Program-made: the position numbers and the translations under genes | In this document: positions 17,230 through 23,504 of the stretch, in pieces | Layout: every line of letters starts with the position of its first letter | Position numbering within the stretch: position 1 is the stretch's first letter | Source of the DNA: Haloarcula limicola | GTDB taxonomy: Archaea > Halobacteriota > Halobacteria > Halobacteriales > Haloarculaceae | Assembly (NCBI RefSeq): GCF_010119205.1 | Contig: NZ_WRXM01000002.1 | Span: 22,982-54,981 of the forward strand | Length of the DNA: 32,000 nt | Direction: 5' to 3' | The notes under the pieces: generated by a model | Databases searched by the model: none | Told to the model about the DNA's origin: nothing | What the model saw: the letters and a program-made list of their open reading frames with translations, nothing else

Positions 17230-17520
17230 CTAATTAGTGGAACCTGCGTGCTTGATTTTGCCGTTTCTGGTGAAGATGATTACTACACCTAGTCTAGCAC
17301 TGAGGACGCCGACTGGCCGGTAGAGGATGTTTCGCGGGTCGAAAACGTAGATGAAGCCCGTGTGATCCTCTATCCAGATGCCAAGACCTTCATCTGTGAA
17401 ATATCCGCGGATGGGGAGGAACACAATCAGGGTCCAGTTCGTTGCTACTGTGAGTGAGAGGAAGTCTATAGGTGGTCCATCTTCACTGAGTACCGTATGT
17501 TTATATGCTATCTGAACCAT
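17230..17520 (-). CDS. Hypothetical protein (96 aa), uncertain
   Basis: ATG-initiated ORF on the same strand as, and upstream of, the 739-aa gene. It has one hydrophobic stretch (WTLIVFLPI) and no recognisable motif. Its start is only 8 bp from the divergent queD start, which is awkward for promoters. Confidence 0.3.
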   Translation of the reverse strand: MVQIAYKHTVLSEDGPPIDFLSLTVATNWTLIVFLPIRGYFTDEGLGIWIEDHTGFIYVFDPRNILYRPVGVLSARLGVVIIFTRNGKIKHAGSTN

Positions 17521-17528
17521 CGGTGAGT

Positions 17529-18003
17529 ATGCCCGAGATAGCTTCAGGAGAATACTCCAGTAATATCTCCCTTGACGAGGCGGGCGAGCGGACCCTCCAC
17601 GTCGGTCGTGAGTGTCCTAACCGAATCAGTTCGGGGCACCGCATCCGCTACCATGACGGGAAGTGCTCCCGCCCACACGGGCACAATTACGAAATTTCAG
17701 TGACGGTCACCGGCGAAATCAGCGAGGAGGGGTGGATCGTCGACAAGGGCGACGTTACGGCCATCATCAGCGAGTGGGACCACCGTTTTTTACTCGGAAA
17801 AAGGTGACCTGCTCATTGAGGCATTTGAACGGTCGGGAGATGGTGACGCTGTTGTGGTCCTCAATCAGCCACCAACAGCAGAGGTGATGGCTGCGGTCCT
17901 CGAGCAACGTATGATAGAGGCGTTCCCCGAGAACGTCTCTGAGGTCTCTGTGGAAGTAGCCGAGACAAGAAGCGGGAACTCGGAGCCAACCGTTAATACG
18001 TAG
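17529..18003 (+). pseudogene. queD: queD (6-carboxy-5,6,7,8-tetrahydropterin synthase) interrupted by a +1 frameshift in an A5 run at 17798-17802
   Basis: Frame 0 reads ...ISSGHRIRYHDGKCSRPHGHNYEISVTVTGEISEEGWIVDKGDVTAIISEWDHRFLLGKR*, giving the QueD motifs C-x3-HGH-x-Y and DH-x-x-L. The +1 frame from 17803 continues GDLLIEAFERSGDGDAVVVLNQPPTAEVMAAVLEQRM...VSVEVAETRSGN...*, giving the QueD C-terminal PTxE and ET motifs, and stops at 18001-18003. Deleting one A restores a single ORF. An ATG at 17505 is an alternative start. Confidence 0.75.
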
Positions 18004-18022
18004 CTCTCCAGCAGTAAAAGTG

Positions 18023-18610
18023 ATGGAGAATAATCCTTCTCTGGGACCAGGACTCCAGCCCGAGACCCATGTGAGCGAGGAATACCGCGCTCTAGAGGAC
18101 GCTATCAATGCCTACTTTGAGGCGACGGACCTCCCGGATCAAGATGACCTCTACCGGGTGCTAGGCGACATCCTTGCCCCGGAGCTCCGGGAACGGTTTA
18201 AGACTGCCTATGATCTTGAACGACCTGCTGATACTCCCTGCATTCGGCGCCTGATTACAGGAGAAGAGGAGTGTACTTGTTCGGAAACTCGTTCGTGGGT
18301 GGACCAGGAACTAGAGCAGATTGGTGAACGCGGCGAGCCCCCACACGCCCCACCTCACGCCGATCACCCGACGCTCTGGCTTGACTCGAAGGGAACTGCC
18401 GCGGTCTACTCTATGCACGTCTACTCAGGCAACGTCGCTCCGTACTATCCCTCGAAAACTGCTGACTCAGCAGGCAATCCCCGGAATGGCTGGTTCGATA
18501 TGACTGACTGGGCGAGTCACTGGGGCCTCGACATCAGATTTTCCCCAATCTCGTGGTTCAATCCGTTTACCACGGTACAGGTGTTGTTATTCCCGCCTGG
18601 ACGCTACTGA
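18023..18610 (+). CDS. Hypothetical protein (195 aa)
   Basis: ORF with an ATG at 18023 (GTG at 18020), acidic composition and no recognisable motif. It lies immediately downstream of queD on the same strand. Confidence 0.55.
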   Translation: MENNPSLGPGLQPETHVSEEYRALEDAINAYFEATDLPDQDDLYRVLGDILAPELRERFKTAYDLERPADTPCIRRLITGEEECTCSETRSWVDQELEQIGERGEPPHAPPHADHPTLWLDSKGTAAVYSMHVYSGNVAPYYPSKTADSAGNPRNGWFDMTDWASHWGLDIRFSPISWFNPFTTVQVLLFPPGRY

Positions 18611-18700
18611 GTTTCTTCGGCCCCTGAACACAAACACCCTCTTCGAGGCCATCAAATGTGGTCCCTCTGAATACTACTATTTGCCACAATTCTGAACACA

Positions 18701-19483
18701 CTATCCCATATTTCGATAGTGACCTGCTGCTCTGGCCACCTCGGCATAGGAAGCCTGACCCATCCCAAAAAACGGCGTATGGATAAGGTGGACTGAGTCG
18801 TCATCAACTGTGAGTTTGTAGAGTTCGTAAGAGGTCGAGCGCTCGGTCGAGACCAGCGTCTCAACCTTCTCACTGGGATAATGGTTCAAAAGGACCTCTG
18901 GTGTCGGGTTGGTGTTCGTGTTCCCGTAGGAAACGATGCACCTTACACCGTTGCTCTCTTCGATAGCATCCGTCAGGAGATGTTCTCGTCCTGGAATCAC
19001 CTCTCTGTGGTATGCGGCCTCAGACTTCCAGATGTGGTCGTAGGGTTCAATCGTATCCAGGCTCTTCGGGAGTGGAAAGAACTCTCCGGTGAGGCTATCC
19101 CCGCCTCGCCGACCAAGCCGTTTGTTCTCAAATACGTATTCCTTAGCTCTTCTCCCGAGCGTCGCTGACGACTCCTCTAATAGTGATGGATCTTCTAGTG
19201 TCATCATGAACACCGCTTGGAATCTCCACGTTGACGGTCCAGAGAACTTCTCCAAGGCAAATCCATGCTTTTCCTCCCATACCTGTTTAAAGTCCTCTGT
19301 CAGTCCGAACTCCCGCCTTAACCTCAAGAAGTCCTCTACGTCGTCTACGTTGTTGAACCCCTCCCATCGATAGAGGCTTTCTTCGATTCCAATGAACCAA
19401 TACGGGCTGTCGAGACTACCATATCCGAGCCAGTTGTAGAGACAATCCCGAACTAAGGGTTCTGGGAGTTCAGACATGGGCAT
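18701..19483 (-). CDS. Hypothetical protein (260 aa); speculative UDG-superfamily-like pattern
   Basis: I prefer the ATG at 19483 or 19477, just after the upstream stop at 19470-19472, to the track start at 19555. The series WFIGIEES ... TGEFFPLPKS ... VRCIVSYG ... HTPFFG loosely recalls the motif A / motif B spacing of uracil-DNA-glycosylase-fold proteins. This is a very weak call. Confidence 0.6.
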   Translation of the reverse strand: MPMSELPEPLVRDCLYNWLGYGSLDSPYWFIGIEESLYRWEGFNNVDDVEDFLRLRREFGLTEDFKQVWEEKHGFALEKFSGPSTWRFQAVFMMTLEDPSLLEESSATLGRRAKEYVFENKRLGRRGGDSLTGEFFPLPKSLDTIEPYDHIWKSEAAYHREVIPGREHLLTDAIEESNGVRCIVSYGNTNTNPTPEVLLNHYPSEKVETLVSTERSTSYELYKLTVDDDSVHLIHTPFFGMGQASYAEVARAAGHYRNMG

Positions 19484-20225
19484 CTGGACAAACGTCGTTG
19501 TATTCGCACGCTCGGCACTTCGCCGCTTTCTCCGTTGGAATCGGCTCCCGCTCATTTCGCCAATATCCGAGAGCCCAGTTGAGGTCCTCCAGATACTCTA
19601 CCTTTGAGAACTCAGAAAGATGCAGGATGGCCGTCGGAGACTCAGTCAGTTCGTGGTCACCGGTCTCCCACCCCTCGTAACTTGCCATCACTAACTGCTG
19701 GAGTTCCTTTCCTGTCCCCGGTTCTAGTGATTGCTCGTGGCTAAGGACGGCAATCCTCAGATTGTCGGTGTGGAAGCCGAGACTGTCAAGAATGAAACCG
19801 TACAGCCATGCCTGGATTCGCTGGTTCTTGTAGAGGTAGTCAGGCCTCGACGTCGTCTTTCGTTCAAAGATAAGCTGCGGGCTCTGATTCTCAAAGAGAA
19901 CGGCGTCCGGAATACCACCGATGAGGAATTCCGCTGCCTCGCCAATGAAGGGACTCTCGACGATAACCTGGCGCTCACCTCTCTCTAAAGCCCGCCAAAA
20001 TTCCTCGTCAGAGACTTCTTCAGAGTCCTCGGCTGCTTTCTCGTGGGTTTCGCTCCCACGGGTCTTTGCAGGTGTTTCAATGTCCCCGTGCTCCCGAGTG
20101 AGCGCGACCTGCTTCTCGCAATAGAATTGCCCCGCAATTTTGCTCGGCGCCAGCGACGACTCCTCTGACTCAGATAGCTGCTTGACGAGCGAAGTATGCT
20201 TCTCTCGGACCCTCTCAATGCTCAT
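19470..20225 (-). CDS. Cas4/RecB-like PD-(D/E)xK nuclease with 4-Cys cluster (251 aa), not associated with CRISPR
   Basis: Visible motifs: N-terminal FYCEKQ (Cys1), GIPDAV...LIFERKTT (D...ExK), QIQAWLYGFIL (QxxxY) and C-terminal CRACEYNDVC (CxxCxxxxxC). No cas genes or repeats are nearby. Confidence 0.8.
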   Translation of the reverse strand: MSIERVREKHTSLVKQLSESEESSLAPSKIAGQFYCEKQVALTREHGDIETPAKTRGSETHEKAAEDSEEVSDEEFWRALERGERQVIVESPFIGEAAEFLIGGIPDAVLFENQSPQLIFERKTTSRPDYLYKNQRIQAWLYGFILDSLGFHTDNLRIAVLSHEQSLEPGTGKELQQLVMASYEGWETGDHELTESPTAILHLSEFSKVEYLEDLNWALGYWRNEREPIPTEKAAKCRACEYNDVCPDAHV

Positions 20226-20442
20226 GCTCTCAGTATACTCTTCAGCTGTTTAATATGTAGTGTCAGGTGACCACTTTTTAGATGCTCATCAAACTAATCT
20301 GATCGGCCCTATTGAAGCCCTCACCCACAGAAGCGAATCGAGACGAGAATGTCTAAAAATGGGAGCAGTGTCGTATACCCCTGCACCATAGTTCTCTGCC
20401 CCGTCCCCATGTTTAAGGTCGGACTCTGAGTACCACGTGTTA

Positions 20443-20652
20443 ATGACCGACACAATACCTGTGTTGTGCCGGGAGTGCGAAGAACCATGGAAAACGGTGG
20501 AAATGGAACCTCATGAATACGATGAAGACCGACTTGATGACGAAGGGAACATTACGATCGGGTATTGCAGCGACTGCATGGCTGTTCTAGCCGGTAGTCC
20601 CGTCCGCCAGTTAGAGCTCGCGGTGGAAGCGGAACAAAGCGACGAGCACTGA
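20443..20652 (+). CDS. Small zinc-ribbon protein (69 aa)
   Basis: ATG at 20443. CRECEE...YCSDC supplies two CxxC pairs. Composition is acidic. Confidence 0.5.
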   Translation: MTDTIPVLCRECEEPWKTVEMEPHEYDEDRLDDEGNITIGYCSDCMAVLAGSPVRQLELAVEAEQSDEH

Positions 20653-20828
20653 TGTCTGCTGTTGGTAAGAGACAGGTCTCCCTTCTGCTGCTGTCGGTGG
20701 CAATGGTAGTCGTCGGGGTGCTAGGACTGATCAACGCCATTGCTCCGACACAGATCCTAGCCGGTCTTCTGCTCGTCACCGCACTCTTTCTCGCAGCCAG
20801 TCTGGGCCGTCGGTCGGTCAATCAATAA
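20652..20828 (+). CDS. Unlisted 58-aa membrane microprotein (two predicted TM helices)
   Basis: Below the ORF-track cutoff. Its ATG overlaps the upstream stop (TGATG at 20650-20654). Translation: MSAVGKRQVSLLLLSVAMVVVGVLGLINAIAPTQILAGLLLVTALFLAASLGRRSVNQ*. I prefer this to the antisense 89-aa ORF 20552..20821, which is Arg/Ser/Thr-rich. Confidence 0.5.
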   Translation: MSAVGKRQVSLLLLSVAMVVVGVLGLINAIAPTQILAGLLLVTALFLAASLGRRSVNQ

Positions 20829-21081
20829 TAGTAGACTCGACCCTGCGGAGCGTCAGAACGTCGGGTGGGACAAAAGCGACCGGTGGGGAGTTCTCATACT
20901 GCATGTTAATCTCGTTATTTGTCCAGGTCAAGAACTGTCACCAGATATAAATTTTGGCTTAGTCAGTCGAATTCGACCGTCTCAGAAGATCACCACCTAG
21001 CTCGCTGCATGTTTGTACACAAATACGAAACTATAGAAATAAGTAATAACCTGAACAACAACACGTTGGAAACTATAACCG

Positions 21082-21483
21082 GTGACCACGTTCAACTTCA
21101 ACCCAGGCTCTGACATCCACGTTGATACGGCCAGTGACAATGTCACCATCCGCTTCGGTACCGACATGTTCGGAATCAACCCGACTACAAGCGGGTTCTC
21201 AGTCACAAATGACTGGAACAGCCGTCACTTTACCCTCGCATTCGACGAAAAATCTATCCTCTACCACGTTACACGCGAAGATGACGATGACCGAACTAGT
21301 GGGAAGAAAGCCCTTCCACCTGAAGAATTCATAGCTGAAATCTATGGGTACATTCGATCCATTGCAACACCTGTACCAAAAGACCATCTGAACTTCGAGA
21401 TCGTCGGGCGAGCAGATATGACTGAAATGGAGAACTACCTAAAAGACAAAAACGTGGCCCGTGAGACTAATGTTGGTCTGTAA
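21082..21483 (+). CDS. Hypothetical protein (133 aa)
   Basis: GTG-initiated ORF with acidic composition. It is directly followed by the next ORF, with no spacer after its stop. Confidence 0.5.
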   Translation: MTTFNFNPGSDIHVDTASDNVTIRFGTDMFGINPTTSGFSVTNDWNSRHFTLAFDEKSILYHVTREDDDDRTSGKKALPPEEFIAEIYGYIRSIATPVPKDHLNFEIVGRADMTEMENYLKDKNVARETNVGL

Positions 21484-21774
21484 GTGGACGAGGAAGAACG
21501 GGCAGGCCTTGTAGGTGAACTAAATGAGAACCCAGCAGGCCTCGGGAAGGTCTATCAGAGGGTTCTCGATGCAGTACCATTTGATGAAGCGGCAGACCCT
21601 GAGGGTGGAGAGAATATCTTCTTTTATCCGACCGCAAATGCAATTATTATGCTGTTCATCTTCCCCGATGAGTATATTGGAGTCACCACCGCTAGTGAAG
21701 TAGTCACATTTATCGAACACGCCGGAGGTTCACAGATCATGGATCACATTATCCGTTCGATGAGTGGCGAATAA
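21484..21774 (+). CDS. Hypothetical protein (96 aa)
   Basis: GTG start immediately after the stop of the previous gene. Acidic, with no recognisable motif. Confidence 0.5.
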   Translation: MDEEERAGLVGELNENPAGLGKVYQRVLDAVPFDEAADPEGGENIFFYPTANAIIMLFIFPDEYIGVTTASEVVTFIEHAGGSQIMDHIIRSMSGE

Positions 21775-21898
21775 GCCTCTATTCTCGGTAGAAGTGACAC
21801 TCAAAGACGTTTCTTCGCTCCTGTGACTACTATCACCCCTGTTTGAGTGGTGCAAATCGGGTTCTGTAACGGGTTTTCCTCCTTATGCGACACCACGC

Positions 21899-21997
21899 TC
21901 AGAACTCAAACGTGCAGTCGGACCGCACGAACCGATCGTTCTTCGCATCCTGAATCCCCTGCCAGAGATCTGTTTCTCCCCAGTTAATCATCGTCAT
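21899..21997 (-). CDS. Micro-ORF d (32 aa) of an overlapping four-ORF train
   Basis: MTMINWGETDLWQGIQDAKNDRFVRSDCTFEF*. Its ATG lies inside the last codons of micro-ORF c (14-nt overlap). The track's 62-aa version adds a strongly basic N-terminus that overlaps ORF c. Confidence 0.35.
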   Translation of the reverse strand: MTMINWGETDLWQGIQDAKNDRFVRSDCTFEF

Positions 21998-22127
21998 CGT
22001 TCTCGCCGGGGTGCGGGCCGAGGGAGCCGTTGGCTTCCAGGGTGACTTGCGACCACTTTTTGTTTGTTTCCGCAGCATCGTCTGCATGCGCGCGATACGC
22101 CTGTGCGATTTCCTCGGGGTCAGTCAT
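21984..22127 (-). CDS. Micro-ORF c (47 aa), acidic
   Basis: MTDPEEIAQAYRAHADDAAETNKKWSQVTLEANGSLGPHPGENDDDD*. The start overlaps the stop of micro-ORF b (ATGACTGA). Confidence 0.4.
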   Translation of the reverse strand: MTDPEEIAQAYRAHADDAAETNKKWSQVTLEANGSLGPHPGENDDDD

Positions 22128-22233
22128 TGGTATCTAGGTCGGTGTACTGCTCGGCGGCGGAATCCTCTGCTATCGCGGCCCATTGTTTGACATCAAATTC
22201 ACCATCATACTCCGGACCAGTATCGTCACTCAT
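22120..22233 (-). CDS. Micro-ORF b (37 aa), acidic
   Basis: MSDDTGPEYDGEFDVKQWAAIAEDSAAEQYTDLDTND*. The start overlaps the stop of micro-ORF a (ATGAGTGA). Confidence 0.4.
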   Translation of the reverse strand: MSDDTGPEYDGEFDVKQWAAIAEDSAAEQYTDLDTND

Positions 22234-22348
22234 CCTCTTCCTTGCGCGGTTCCCGATCCGGTGGTAATTCCGCGTTCTCCAATGCATCTTCCTTCTCCTT
22301 CTTTGACCAGCCGCCGTAGCGCTCAGTCGAGACCCCGAAGTAAGCCAT
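22226..22348 (-). CDS. Micro-ORF a (40 aa)
   Basis: MAYFGVSTERYGGWSKKEKEDALENAELPPDREPRKEEDE*. It is the first member of the train and falls below the ORF-track length cutoff. Confidence 0.4.
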   Translation of the reverse strand: MAYFGVSTERYGGWSKKEKEDALENAELPPDREPRKEEDE

Positions 22349-22414
22349 TAGCGGCTAGTACGGAGCTCTAAGGTAAAGAAACAGGGGGAAGTGCCGAATC
22401 AGAATCCTAGCCGG

Positions 22415-22657
22415 TCACTCCTCTAACTCTTCATCAATACCACCATCATAGTTGATATCTGAATGCGCCTCCATCAGTTCCGCCCACTCATCACGGGTAA
22501 TACTGTTACTAACATCCTCCTCCGGAATGATTAGTAACTGATCGGCGCGGATACCCTCCCGGTGATCTATACGCAGCCAGTCGGGGTCGCTTTCCTCAAT
22601 TTCGTCAGTATCAGCGAACACTTCGGTGTGGTTCGATTTTATTGCTACTACGAGCAC
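22415..22657 (-). CDS. Hypothetical acidic protein (80 aa)
   Basis: GTG-initiated ORF with very acidic composition typical of halophile proteins. It lies downstream of the GCACA repeat array on the minus strand. Confidence 0.5.
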   Translation of the reverse strand: MLVVAIKSNHTEVFADTDEIEESDPDWLRIDHREGIRADQLLIIPEEDVSNSITRDEWAELMEAHSDINYDGGIDEELEE

Positions 22658-22730
22658 GATAACTCCGTCTCAGGGCTATTATACGAGTATTTCTCTATTT
22701 TATGGATTAGTATTATAGCATATTTTCACA

Positions 22731-22813
22731 GCACAAGCACCTCGCACATGCACATGTGCTCGGCACACAACACAATCACACCGCACATCTGCACGGCACA
22801 CTCTATCGGCACA
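22731..22813 (+). repeat. Iteron-like array: 7 same-orientation copies of GCACA (three as CGGCACA) with 13-bp phasing
   Basis: GCACA starts at 22731, 22744, 22750, 22763, 22783, 22796 and 22809, giving spacings of 13, 6, 13, 20, 13 and 13. The array includes the perfect palindrome GCACATGTGC at 22750-22759. An AT-rich tract at 22688-22729 (9 G/C of 42 by my count) abuts it. Confidence 0.65.
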
Positions 22814-23062
22814 TCCACTCCCGACTCCGGCACCTAACCCCCGCCAACGCCTTACATCGACACAATGACCAGCAACGACACCACCTATACCGTAACCATC
22901 TACACCGGCCCAAAATGGATCGCCGACGCCAAGGTAAAAATTGGAGAATGGATCGAGGAACGACGAAAACAATAGGTAGAGCCGGCTAGACCTGGTTCTC
23001 TCAACACGAAACCCGGGGGTTCGGCTTGAGGTGAGCCAATCTAAATCGATGTACTACCGACA

Positions 23063-23106
23063 GCACATGTACATTACACACTCACACGGCACATGCGCTC
23101 AGCACA
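23063..23106 (+). repeat. Second GCACA cluster (3 copies) in the same orientation and phase
   Basis: GCACA starts at 23063, 23089 (as CGGCACA) and 23102, giving spacings of 26 and 13. Together with the first cluster it brackets ~250 bp containing only a doubtful 36-aa ORF (22865..22975). Confidence 0.55.
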
Positions 23107-23137
23107 AACATAGAACACATCTCACCTCGGATGTGGA

Positions 23138-23401
23138 TCAGAGGTAATTGGTCAGTGACTGGCGCTCGCCGTCAGGAGCTTCAATATCTACACTGTCCTC
23201 GTCTCGGTGAAACTGGTACCCTCGTTTTCGAAGCATCAACGTCACCATAGCCTCCGTACTGAGAGACTCCATATCTTCGATATCACCGCGCTTATAGGAT
23301 GCTGCAAGCCGCAACAATTGCTCGTCACTAGCATCATTGAGTGTCTCGTGGTCGAGCTCAGCCAATCTTAACAGATCGTTTGCTGGGTCGGTATCATCCA
23401 T
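23138..23401 (-). CDS. Hypothetical acidic protein (87 aa)
   Basis: I prefer the ATG at 23401 (MDDTDPANDLLRLAELDHE...). The track's extension to 23479 adds a hydrophobic and basic leader. Confidence 0.5.
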   Translation of the reverse strand: MDDTDPANDLLRLAELDHETLNDASDEQLLRLAASYKRGDIEDMESLSTEAMVTLMLRKRGYQFHRDEDSVDIEAPDGERQSLTNYL

Positions 23402-23504
23402 CGTGGGTGTGATTATTATTAGAAGTATCCAAAAGCTTGCTGATTGGTCATATCTCCTACTACAAAGAGGAGATCGCAATCTTTCAATATAGCAATTTCA
23501 AGTG

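Noticed and set aside
21998-22087. Upstream part of the 62-aa ORF 21899..22087
   Set aside because: This segment encodes a very basic peptide (MQTMLRKQTKSGRKSPWKPTAPSARTPARTMT). It overlaps the acidic, better-behaved micro-ORF c in another frame, so only the distal 32 codons are kept.
22865-22975. 36-aa plus-strand ORF (MTSNDTTYTVTIYTGPKWIADAKVKIGEWIEERRKQ) between the two GCACA clusters
   Set aside because: It is plausible but unsupported. It is very short, with no coupling to neighbours and no motif. It is mentioned only as context for the iteron region.
22731-23106. GCACA repeat clusters considered as a CRISPR array
   Set aside because: The units are 5-7 bp with 13-bp phasing, far too short for CRISPR repeats and spacers. 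No cas genes are present; the Cas4-like gene is ~2.5 kb away and stands alone.
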